Source: Candidatus Heimdallarchaeota archaeon B3_Heim (GTDB lineage: Archaea > Asgardarchaeota > Heimdallarchaeia > Hodarchaeales > Hodarchaeaceae). Taken from it: a DNA stretch of 22,616 nucleotides. The notes beneath the pieces are model-generated. The model saw nothing but the letters and a program-made list of their open reading frames with translations, had not been told where the DNA came from and did no database searches. The DNA lies in assembly GCA_003144275.1 (NCBI GenBank), contig NJBF01000047.1, positions 1 to 22,616 on the forward strand, given 5' to 3'. This document shows positions 6,950-15,860 of this stretch, one piece after another. How positions within the stretch are numbered: the stretch's first letter is position 1; every line of letters starts with the position of its first letter. Position numbers and translations under genes: made by a program.

Positions 6950-8791
6950 TCAGAATAATTGATCAATTCGATTAATGATCTTGACATGTGAAGAAATATC
7001 CGCCTCGCTCGGGTTTCCCTCGAGAAGGTAGATTATTCGTTCCCCTGCTTCAGGATTTGATTGTAAAAGAAAAGAACAGATTTCTGCATCGGGAACATGT
7101 TCGGCAAAGAAGATTAACTTTTTCTTTTTCCTTATTAATCCTTTCTCAGCAAGAATGTCGGGTTCAGCGCCGTGATGAATATCCGTTGAAAAATTTAGAT
7201 GAACCGACCATCCTGCTCTTTGTAATCGGCGGCCTACCTCATACCGAATATTACCTTCTGGTTCCAACAATGGTTCATCAGCAGTATGGGTAACAAATTG
7301 GTTAGAAGGTTGAATCAATTCAAGAATATCATTGGAACTTGGTAGGTGGGAATTCGCAGTCTCTTGGTGGGCACTAAAGACCTGATCAATTTGTGTTTCT
7401 CTAGTTGGTTGTACGCCAATTTCGTCAGTTGCCAATGGTTCATCAGTTTGAGCCCTATCCGTTTCTTGTATAGCTTCAGAAGTCGGTATAGATTCTGATA
7501 TCGGACTGATTTCTGCATCAAAAAGGGCTTGTAAAGATTCGACTGATGGAGGTTTAAGTTTTTCCGTGATTTGTGTTGTTTGTAAATTTACACTTAATTC
7601 CTCTAATTCCAGGGATGAAGGTTTTTCTGGTGCAGAAAAGGTTACAAATTCTTCATCCTCGTCTTCAAGAAGTTTTTCTACTGGTAAATCTAAGTCACTC
7701 CTTGAAAATCGAAGATCAGTCTGTATCTGTCCTCGTTGTTGTGATTTTTCGAGACTTTTTGCTACTTCAAGTAACTTTTGTGATAATTGAGGATTTATTT
7801 CATTTATTTTTTCTAAAGAAAGTTGCTCTAAGTAAAAATATGCCTCACTAAAATTCTCAATTTCCAAGAAGTGTACTGCTAAGAGTAGTATAGCACGTTG
7901 TCGAATTCGTTCCGTTTCTTGAGATTTATCTTCAATGATAATTTGTCTCAATACATTATTCCGTTGCCAAAAGTTACCTATTAATTGAAGTATCAATGCA
8001 GCCTCGTAGAGGATTTTAGTAGTTGATATGCTATCTTTTAGGTATCGAGATTTATTAATACAGATTTCTGAGTAAGCAAGAGCCCGTTGAGACAATCCAT
8101 GGGAGGCAAATTTTTTCATTATTTCATAAGAAATTGTTACTTGAAAACGTGCAATTTCCGTCTGATTATCGATATCACCAATAATTCCCGCTTTATCAAA
8201 AGCAGTTTCAAGAATATTTAGTGCTTCTTCTCTTACACCCTCCTTATAATAAAGATAGGCTGCATTTTTATATAAATCAACTGCTATCGTTGCTTGCTCC
8301 TCTAAATCACCCGAAATTCTAAATAGCTTTGCTGAAGCATATAGATTACGGATTTCGCTATATGAGAAGGCTAATTGTCGGGTGATGATAGAAATTAATC
8401 TCGTATCTTGCTCTGGTGCATTCTTTCGAGCTATATCTAAAGCTATCTTGAGTAAAATTATTGAACAGTCGTGGAGGTTAAATTTCTGAAAGTCCAGTCC
8501 TAAACCATGTAGAATAGAGGTATAAACTAAGGGTTTTTCAGTGATAATAGATAGATGATCAGCGGCACGAAGAACATAATCTAAAACAAGATCATTTTTT
8601 TCTTGATGAGCTAGTGCAAGGGCGATATTCCCAAATGATATTCCAACAATATTATCTAAGGTGGGAGAAAAGTTTTTTCCAATTATAATAGCTTCTTCAA
8701 AAGCTTTAATGGCCACAACATATTCTTTTTCGAATAGTGCTTGTTTACCCTCTTTGATTCGTTGATTAAGGAGTAGGAGAGGTTCTGTCAT
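6950..8791 (-). CDS. TPR-like alpha-solenoid protein with acidic linker and C-terminal restriction-endonuclease-like domain
   Basis: Helical repeats with TPR-type A/G/L/Y spacing over about aa 1-330; E/S/T/P/Q-rich low-complexity region at about aa 375-505; terminal domain EVGRRLQRAGWSV...EPDILAEKG...LIFFAE. Confidence 0.65.
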   Translation of the reverse strand: MTEPLLLLNQRIKEGKQALFEKEYVVAIKAFEEAIIIGKNFSPTLDNIVGISFGNIALALAHQEKNDLVLDYVLRAADHLSIITEKPLVYTSILHGLGLDFQKFNLHDCSIILLKIALDIARKNAPEQDTRLISIITRQLAFSYSEIRNLYASAKLFRISGDLEEQATIAVDLYKNAAYLYYKEGVREEALNILETAFDKAGIIGDIDNQTEIARFQVTISYEIMKKFASHGLSQRALAYSEICINKSRYLKDSISTTKILYEAALILQLIGNFWQRNNVLRQIIIEDKSQETERIRQRAILLLAVHFLEIENFSEAYFYLEQLSLEKINEINPQLSQKLLEVAKSLEKSQQRGQIQTDLRFSRSDLDLPVEKLLEDEDEEFVTFSAPEKPSSLELEELSVNLQTTQITEKLKPPSVESLQALFDAEISPISESIPTSEAIQETDRAQTDEPLATDEIGVQPTRETQIDQVFSAHQETANSHLPSSNDILELIQPSNQFVTHTADEPLLEPEGNIRYEVGRRLQRAGWSVHLNFSTDIHHGAEPDILAEKGLIRKKKKLIFFAEHVPDAEICSFLLQSNPEAGERIIYLLEGNPSEADISSHVKIINRIDQLF

Positions 8792-8987
8792 AATCTCAAT
8801 CCTGATAAATACCTGAAATCTCTTAAAATTTTTGATATAAGATCCATTTTTCCGAGGTACAAATATTCACGTTTTGGAACTAAGAGATTGGTAAAGTTAA
8901 AAACCATTTACTAAAACCCTCCAGATAGATCTTGGAAGACCTGTCTTACCAGAGATTTGTAAAATATCTTGAAAAATATCGATTGCT

Positions 8988-11894
8988 GTGAAATCAATGA
9001 AAATCCAAAATAAGATCATTCCATTATGTATAATTTTGCTGTTTATTGTCGGAATCTATGGTCAAACCCAACAGACTTCTTTTTCCTTCAACCAGGACTT
9101 GTCGAAGCAAGTTCAATTGACTGAGGGCAATGTAAATCTAATATCAAACAATAATCAACCCAGCTACAAAACATTCTCTCAAGTTACTTCTGGACGGACA
9201 ACTTTAACTACAGATGCCGATTCGTACGCTCCTGGGGATTGGGTGACTGTGACAGCCGAAAGTGATACAGATGAAATGAATGGTTCGCTTGAATGGCGAT
9301 TAGAATCCCCAATTAGTGAGATTAGTTTTGATTTCGAAAGCTATTATCAAGATGTCTTAGCTGATCCAAATTTTGATTCAGGGATTACAGATGATTGGGA
9401 AAATGACGGTTTTGAGCCTCTTTCAGCAGCAGATGGATATCTAAATTTAACTGAAGTAGCTGATCTTGATTTAGCTGATATAGAAGTGTATAACAATGAC
9501 TCAGCCTTAGAAATAAACAATAAATATCGTGTAACATTCGATTATTATCCTCAGGGAGAAAACATGTTAGTAAATCCAAGCTTTGAGACTGGAAATACAT
9601 CAAATTGGGTTAGTGTTGGTACCCTTGAAAATGTATCTGCCATTAATGATCCAACAAATGCAAGCGACGGTAGTTATTATGCAAACATTAATGCAACCGT
9701 GGGATTTATCCTAAACCAAACTGTACCCATCAATGGACAGTCTGATGGACGTTCATTCACATTTACAGTTCGTGCCACAGGGAATACTAATGCTAATTAC
9801 TGGATAAGTCGTTTAGAAGCAGTAAATAGTTCTGGACATGTTATTGGTGTAAAATCGGCTGCAGATTCTAGAAATTTTGAGGTAGATGAAAAAGGGTATG
9901 TAACTGTTATGTTTGAATGGAAACTACCTGCAAATGCTACGTCAATAAAGGCAATATTCCTTGGCCAGGATACTGGAGATGATGCAGATGGATATTATAC
10001 AGGATGGGTAGATAATTGTATCTTAGCTGAAGCTCCATCAGCCTTAGATTTTTCCTATGCTGCAGATGGAAAGTGGAATAATAATACCTTAATTACAGAA
10101 TCTCAAGAATGGCACACAGCAGAATACATTTTTGAAACCTTTGATACCTTACCATCCCCTTCTACAAAGACTTTAAGGTTTATCTTAAGAGATTCAAATT
10201 CGTATGCAAATAATAAAACTTCTTATTGGCTGATTGATAATATAGCAGTTAACATCGTTTCAAAACACGAAGAACTAACAGGACCCATTTCTAATGTAGA
10301 AAATCGATTTGAAGGTTTTGTTAATTCGACATGGTTCCACCAAGGTTATCGTGAGGAGTTATCTAGTACCTACAAGATAGATATTGAATCTCCGGAAAAT
10401 ACAAGTGTAGCATCAGAAACTCAAGCTGAAATTAAAATCCAATTACCTACCCATCAGGTTTACATGGGATCTTGGATCGTTGTATTCAAAATTCATCAAA
10501 TAGACACAGGTGAACCGCCAACTAAAGTTCAAACAAAAACCATAAATATTTCTTTCGTTGTAGAAGAACCAATTAATTTTGTTATTCAAGATTATTATCT
10601 CCTTCGTGGTTCAACGAATAAAACAGAAAATAATGTTTCAGTATTCACAGAATATTTTGTACAAGAGACGGGAATAGAGGCCATATCCCCTCGAGATAAT
10701 ATTACTGTTTTGGGGTATCTGGAAGCAAATTCCACACCCACAGAATGGTATGATCTTGAGTACCTAACAATAACTGCCGCTCTTACCAGTTATCTATGGG
10801 AAAGCAATTGGAAATCTGAGGAAATTATCTATTGGGATGTTTTCGGTGTCATTCCTTACAATACTGAAGGTGAATCGGTAATTAATGGTAATTTTACCTC
10901 TCCTCTAAATAATTCACAAACAGTTGGAATAAATTTCCAAGTTCCAAATCGGGGAATTTTCGGGAATATAACAGGTAATTTATCACTTAGTTTAATGGGA
11001 ACAAATGTGAAACCTGATGGAGTAGGAGATCCTCTATTATCACTTGTTGTGCCAATTACATTACCTAGGGTGGAGTTTAGAATTAATGTAACCGAAGAAC
11101 ACATACCTGAAACATCATTTTGGTTAACCGATTATTTCGGTGGAAATATTACTTTAGAGTTTCTTAATATTAATAATACATTAGAAGCAAACTATACAAA
11201 TAGGAATATAAGTTCAGTTCTTGACATTCCCATCACAGATGTGGATCTGCGTCTTTTCCTAGATGAAACTGGCACCTCACTAAACGAAATTGATATTACC
11301 CAAGAATTCCATTATCATTATATTGGGAATACCATTATATGGTTTGACTTCATCGACCCGAATATTAAAAGTGGAAACTATACATTCCGAATACGGTGGA
11401 ATACTGCTTATTCACAGAATGCATCAAGTTTTGCAGAAGTAGCAATAACTCAATCAGCCGTCTTAATCCGAGGAACTCTTGAGATTGTTACATCGAGCAC
11501 ACTACCTACTGTAAAACAAGGGGAACAATTAGTTATCAACTTCACAATTCAACTTACTGAGACTTTGAAAAGAATCGGTGGATTAGATCTAATTTCTTCG
11601 TTAGCAGACAATGTATCAGAAGGAAACTTAATTGTCTATGAACAACAAGGAGTGTATTATGTAGATCTAGTTGTTAATAAGACAATGGAAGCAAAGAATT
11701 ATCTGATTAATATCTTTGTGTCGGGTAGTTCAGATGCTATCGGTTCTATCGAATTCACGGTAGTAGAGCGAGAAAGCGAACAATCCAACCAACTAAACTT
11801 GTTTGATGTCCTAATTAGCATTGGTGGATTTGGAATCTTTGTTGCTTTAGGAGTAGCTACAGTAGGTCTAATGTTTAGAATCAACAAATCCTAA
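8988..11894 (+). CDS. Large secreted, C-terminally anchored cell-surface (glyco)protein with CBM-like and Ig/MG2-like domains
   Basis: Signal peptide (KIIPLCIILLFIVGIYG); TDADSYAPGDWV (MG2-like start); DPNFDSG and NPSFETGN (CBM4/9/16-like starts); W(L)IDN/WVDN ends; many N-x-S/T sequons; C-terminal TM helix then RINKS. Confidence 0.8.
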   Translation: MKSMKIQNKIIPLCIILLFIVGIYGQTQQTSFSFNQDLSKQVQLTEGNVNLISNNNQPSYKTFSQVTSGRTTLTTDADSYAPGDWVTVTAESDTDEMNGSLEWRLESPISEISFDFESYYQDVLADPNFDSGITDDWENDGFEPLSAADGYLNLTEVADLDLADIEVYNNDSALEINNKYRVTFDYYPQGENMLVNPSFETGNTSNWVSVGTLENVSAINDPTNASDGSYYANINATVGFILNQTVPINGQSDGRSFTFTVRATGNTNANYWISRLEAVNSSGHVIGVKSAADSRNFEVDEKGYVTVMFEWKLPANATSIKAIFLGQDTGDDADGYYTGWVDNCILAEAPSALDFSYAADGKWNNNTLITESQEWHTAEYIFETFDTLPSPSTKTLRFILRDSNSYANNKTSYWLIDNIAVNIVSKHEELTGPISNVENRFEGFVNSTWFHQGYREELSSTYKIDIESPENTSVASETQAEIKIQLPTHQVYMGSWIVVFKIHQIDTGEPPTKVQTKTINISFVVEEPINFVIQDYYLLRGSTNKTENNVSVFTEYFVQETGIEAISPRDNITVLGYLEANSTPTEWYDLEYLTITAALTSYLWESNWKSEEIIYWDVFGVIPYNTEGESVINGNFTSPLNNSQTVGINFQVPNRGIFGNITGNLSLSLMGTNVKPDGVGDPLLSLVVPITLPRVEFRINVTEEHIPETSFWLTDYFGGNITLEFLNINNTLEANYTNRNISSVLDIPITDVDLRLFLDETGTSLNEIDITQEFHYHYIGNTIIWFDFIDPNIKSGNYTFRIRWNTAYSQNASSFAEVAITQSAVLIRGTLEIVTSSTLPTVKQGEQLVINFTIQLTETLKRIGGLDLISSLADNVSEGNLIVYEQQGVYYVDLVVNKTMEAKNYLINIFVSGSSDAIGSIEFTVVERESEQSNQLNLFDVLISIGGFGIFVALGVATVGLMFRINKS

Positions 11895-11905
11895 ACAAGA
11901 ATTGT

Positions 11906-11941
11906 TGTTGATCTTAATCAACATCATTCAAAATTTTTTTT
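11906..11941 (+). terminator. Possible terminator of the surface-protein gene
   Basis: TGTTGAT-CTTA-ATCAACA hairpin (11906-11923) followed by a T-run at 11934-11941, between convergent genes. Confidence 0.35.
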
Positions 11942-11967
11942 AAACCTAGATATATCTAGATGATCGT

Positions 11968-12996
11968 TTAAACTAATTCAGAATATAAATCAGCAAGAGC
12001 ACTAATAGAATTCTGCATATCATGTTTTCGTAATGTAACGGTCCCCTGTTTCACTAATGACTTTTGAAGTGATTTGTTTGAGGCGAGATTACTAATATGA
12101 GCTGAAAAATCCTCTGGTGTTCTTCCTTTTAAACAATCTTCCCCTCCTGTTAACCAGTTAAACACTGGATGATCTCTTACAACAGGAATGTTCCCATAAG
12201 CTATACTTTCAAGCAGTGCAATACCTTGATTTTCTTCCCGACTCACGTAAAGAAAAATGTCGGCGGCATTCCAAAGTGCTTCCAAAGTATTTTTTGAGAT
12301 ATAACCAGTAAATTGAATATTTGAAGAAACACGTGCTTTCTGAAAATGGTTTCGTAGATAGGGGGAATGAGCAATCGTTCCTAAAGGGAGATACTTGCCA
12401 ATCCACATGAATCGATGGTTAGGGGTTAGTAATGCGGTTTGTGTAAAGACATCAGGTGCTTTACGATAAATACATAACCCCACTGAGATGATAAGGAATA
12501 CCTTCTCTCCTAAACCAAGGTGTCTCCTGGCATTTTTGCGTATTATTGGGTTTTTCCGATTTGTAGAGAGGTCGATTCCATTTGAAATTACACGAATAGC
12601 TGTAGGATCAAATCCATATCGTTGTAATATTGTTTTGTTATAGTCACTAACAGCGACTAAATAATCAGCATAGGAGTAATATTTCGTTAAATATGGAATC
12701 AATGCATAATCAATTCGATTAGAAAATAGAAAGCTATCACGAAAATCCTCAATTGTAGTATGGCCTGTCATTATGATTTTGTATTTTCGATTCGTTCGTC
12801 TGTTTAAGATTTTTGCTTTCAATAACGATTGAGGGAGAGCTGTATGGAAGTGATAGATATCGTAACGAGGATTTTTTCCATTAATATCAGTATAGATTCC
12901 AAAGGATTCAAGTTGTTTAGCAAGGCGTACAGCAGAATTATAAACTCCACTTCCAATTAAGCTTTTTTCCATGTCAAGGATAAAATTAACCTTCAT
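11968..12996 (-). CDS. GT4 glycosyltransferase, CpoA/diglycosyl-lipid synthase-like
   Basis: SGVYNSA, YDIYHFHT, TGHTTIEDFRDSFLFSN, YYSYADYLVAVS, RKAPDVF, SREENQGIALLES (E-x7-E) match the CpoA-like GT4 subfamily. Start at ATG 12996 (MKVNFIL) preferred over 13044. Confidence 0.85.
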   Translation of the reverse strand: MKVNFILDMEKSLIGSGVYNSAVRLAKQLESFGIYTDINGKNPRYDIYHFHTALPQSLLKAKILNRRTNRKYKIIMTGHTTIEDFRDSFLFSNRIDYALIPYLTKYYSYADYLVAVSDYNKTILQRYGFDPTAIRVISNGIDLSTNRKNPIIRKNARRHLGLGEKVFLIISVGLCIYRKAPDVFTQTALLTPNHRFMWIGKYLPLGTIAHSPYLRNHFQKARVSSNIQFTGYISKNTLEALWNAADIFLYVSREENQGIALLESIAYGNIPVVRDHPVFNWLTGGEDCLKGRTPEDFSAHISNLASNKSLQKSLVKQGTVTLRKHDMQNSISALADLYSELV

Positions 12997-13130
12997 CGGA
13001 TAAATGAACACTTCCTTTGGTACAAAAACTTGAATAACGAGCATTTATTTTATATTGCATACCAAATAATGCATTAGCCTACAATTTTTAAATCCAATTA
13101 CTTTAGTGAATTCAAGTATTCATCATCCCT

Positions 13131-13673
13131 TTGGTTATGAGACTCGCCAAGATGCTAACTTCAGACGAAATTCAGATTTCAGAGAATCCAAACATCCGCT
13201 TAAAAAAAGCCACTTTAGATGATTTGGATTTTATAAATGAACTCTCTTATAATGAGATGAATCCTATTGTCAGTAGAGCGTGGAGGGGAAAATTTCGTTG
13301 GGAGAGTTGGTTCAAGGATATCAAAGAAGCCCTTACTCTCGAATCTCATATTATTCTGCTTATACAAGTTAAAAGAGAAAATATCGGCTGTTTATGGATG
13401 AATACAGAAACAAATTCCTTGTGGATTACGTCAATTGTTTTAAAGCGTGAGTGGCAAAGGCGTAAAATTGGGAGCCAGATTATGGCCCATTTAATCAATG
13501 AGTGTAAGCAGGATGGAATAAAAACCATTGAATTGGGTGTACAGCAGAATAATGAAGCGGCAATGAGGTTTTACACGGAAATTGGATTCCGAAAGTTCGA
13601 TCAAATTCGGTCTGCAGGAACCGATTTATTACAACTCAAATTGAAGGACCATAGAGATCTCTCCTATCTTTGA
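13131..13673 (+). CDS. GNAT family N-acetyltransferase (RimI-like)
   Basis: LKKATLDDLDFI, ITSIVLKREWQRRKIGSQIM (acetyl-CoA motif A), IELGVQQNNEAAMRFYTEIGF (motif B). Confidence 0.92.
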   Translation: MVMRLAKMLTSDEIQISENPNIRLKKATLDDLDFINELSYNEMNPIVSRAWRGKFRWESWFKDIKEALTLESHIILLIQVKRENIGCLWMNTETNSLWITSIVLKREWQRRKIGSQIMAHLINECKQDGIKTIELGVQQNNEAAMRFYTEIGFRKFDQIRSAGTDLLQLKLKDHRDLSYL

Positions 13674-13708
13674 CCTAGATTTGATACTGACGAAAAATTT
13701 GGTATTCC

Positions 13709-14044
13709 TTATAATTTAACATTAGCTAGAGGTTTACCAGAGATATAATCTTCCAATATGACTGTGGGGCCGGATTCTAAGAATATTGTTAATATTGGAA
13801 ATCCACCATCATTTTCTACGTTTATTCTATCAGTCTCTTGTTCATTGAGAATTTCTAATGCGTTTAAAATTGTTTTTTGAAGAGAGTCATTTTCCACATC
13901 GAAAAATCTGTAACCTCTACTAAAGGGTGTTGCTAAATAATAATTTTTTGACTTGAATCGGTCAATATCACGTAGTGTCATTAAAAAATTTCTCAAAGAG
14001 TAATGTAATAACTCTGTTTGATCTTCAGTCAAAACTAATGTCAT
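13709..14044 (-). CDS. Hypothetical protein (111 aa)
   Basis: ATG-started ORF with globular composition and a BRE/TATA-like element upstream; no family recognised. Confidence 0.65.
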   Translation of the reverse strand: MTLVLTEDQTELLHYSLRNFLMTLRDIDRFKSKNYYLATPFSRGYRFFDVENDSLQKTILNALEILNEQETDRINVENDGGFPILTIFLESGPTVILEDYISGKPLANVKL

Positions 14045-14098
14045 CTTTCGATCGGCCTAAATATAATTGTTGTAAATCACATTTTAATGTCATACATT

Positions 14099-14116
14099 CC
14101 TTATAAGCTTTTTTTC
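14099..14116 (-). promoter_or_regulatory. Putative BRE-TATA promoter of the 111-aa gene
   Basis: Minus strand GAAAAAAAGCTTATAAGG: purine-rich BRE followed by TTATAA, about 55 nt upstream of ATG 14044. Confidence 0.5.
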
Positions 14117-14223
14117 GAATCGACATAAGAATTTCCTTTCCGCCGCTTTTTATGCAGTCCAAGCAATTATGTGGATATAGAATTTCTCTTGATGCACCAA
14201 TTTCTGGAGGATTTCTAGAATAT

Positions 14224-15042
14224 TTATTTCAAAATTAATGGAGCACCGATAAAAGCAAAATCCTTAGCAATCTTTGCAATTTCTCTTTGTAGACCTTTGA
14301 TATAAACTTCATTGCTCCATTTGCTAGGTAAGAAGTCAAGGAGATCGGCTTTAATGGACTGAATCCCTGGAATAGTTACCTCGTACTCGATGTCAGATTT
14401 TTCAAGTGCTATTTGATTTATTCGCTGTCTATGATCAAAATCAGAAAGCAATACACGCATAGGTGAGTTTGGAGAATCAAATTCATTGTACCCTTCTGTT
14501 GCTTTTCTTAACATTAATAGAGGTTCCTTAAAAGGAAAAACTAATTGTGCCAAGATAATACCTCGACCAAAAGCCCTTTTTCGTTGCCCCATAATATCAT
14601 TTTGTTCACCTAATGAAGTGAAAGGGAATTCTAATAAGTGGTCACTGGCGATAAAATCGTTACCAGGAGGAAAGATGAATGGTTCGGTATTAAAATGATT
14701 ATCTAACCATTTGTTCTCAGGAAGTAGAAGGCCCGTCAAGAAACGATGATCAATCGTAATGGTTTGAGGACTAGTAATTGAAAAATTCGTCCAATATATG
14801 CCAGCTCCATACAATAGTATATAAGAAAGATCATCTTGGATTATACGAGAGAAATCGACTGGGATAAATATAACACTCGCGTTTTTGATCGTTTTGATAG
14901 ATTGATTCTTGTAAGACCATTGAGTAGCCATAATGTCATTTTGATCAGCAAATGAGATCCAATCTGAAATCACTACTACAGATCGAAGAAGGCCAAGAGG
15001 ATAATTTGTATATCTAGAGCTGGAACGTGAGATTCTATGCAT
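14224..15042 (-). CDS. Hypothetical protein (272 aa; possibly 308 aa with an in-frame stop near the N-terminus)
   Basis: Long ORF filling the gap between co-oriented genes; no family recognised. An in-frame ATG at 15150 is separated from it by a single TAA at 15118-15120. Confidence 0.7.
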   Translation of the reverse strand: MHRISRSSSRYTNYPLGLLRSVVVISDWISFADQNDIMATQWSYKNQSIKTIKNASVIFIPVDFSRIIQDDLSYILLYGAGIYWTNFSITSPQTITIDHRFLTGLLLPENKWLDNHFNTEPFIFPPGNDFIASDHLLEFPFTSLGEQNDIMGQRKRAFGRGIILAQLVFPFKEPLLMLRKATEGYNEFDSPNSPMRVLLSDFDHRQRINQIALEKSDIEYEVTIPGIQSIKADLLDFLPSKWSNEVYIKGLQREIAKIAKDFAFIGAPLILK

Positions 15043-15208
15043 TTTAACTTGTCCTATCCGTTCAATACTTGATAGTCGTTTGATGTGAGTGTCTAAATTA
15101 GTAATGATATGTAGCTTTTATAATGAAATCGATTCAAAATTTTCTTCCATTGAGCTTTCTATGGTATCAGGTTAGTTATTTTTTGATAAAGTAAGGAGAA
15201 AAAAGGAG

Positions 15209-15646
15209 TCATATCCCCGCATCAATGAGGGGAGGAAAAGTTAACTCAATAGCAACAGCATTTATCAGATAGATAAGGAATAATGTAATAACCGCTATCC
15301 AAATAGAAGCTTGCCAGTTAGTTGGTTCAGCTTTCTCCGGAATGAGCAAATATTTGAGTAAGTACACGATTGCGACATATACCAGTACAGGTACCAATTG
15401 AGATGCTGCAGTTGAAATAAATGGAAAATCTCCAACACTACCAACAATTGCTCCTATAACTACTGCAACCAAAATAACAATAATTAGTGCTATGAGTACT
15501 AAGCGGATAATATATCCAGAATCAGTTTCTTTCTTACCTGCTATTAAGCGAGCACTGATATAAAGAATTAGCGCAACTAATACGATCGATATTATTAGTA
15601 ATAACAGTGTTTCAATGTCACCCAAGTCTGTTTGTTGTAAAGCCAT
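15209..15646 (-). CDS. Small integral membrane protein (about 4 TM helices)
   Basis: Four long hydrophobic segments separated by short polar loops (KKETDSG, PEKAEPTNW). Confidence 0.8.
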   Translation of the reverse strand: MALQQTDLGDIETLLLLIISIVLVALILYISARLIAGKKETDSGYIIRLVLIALIIVILVAVVIGAIVGSVGDFPFISTAASQLVPVLVYVAIVYLLKYLLIPEKAEPTNWQASIWIAVITLFLIYLINAVAIELTFPPLIDAGI

Positions 15647-15723
15647 AATAATCGCATCTTTCTTTCGTTTTAAACTATTAATTGGTAAGACGAGTTTGAT
15701 GTAGAATCCTAATAAAAGTGTAG

Positions 15724-15860
15724 GTTATCACAAATACTATCAAATAGAGTCATTTGTATTCACATGAGGTCATTAACTAGCTCGTTACCGCCGCTAGTCT
15801 CCATCGTGTCGGATGTAACCCTACAGCCTCTATCCTGTCGGCGGCAACCGCGTTCAGGAG
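15724..15860 (-). ncRNA. Putative TnpB omega-RNA (reRNA) scaffold overlapping the tnpB 3' end and right end
   Basis: Position expected from established TnpB biology; short stems GCGG-TTG-CCGC, TGTA-GGGT-TACA, ACTAGC-N11-GCTAGT and CAAAT-GACTCT-ATTTG on the minus strand. Boundaries are uncertain. Confidence 0.45.

Noticed and set aside
15118-15120. Alternative genetic code (TAA read-through)
   Set aside because: TAA, TAG and TGA all terminate well-supported genes in this window.
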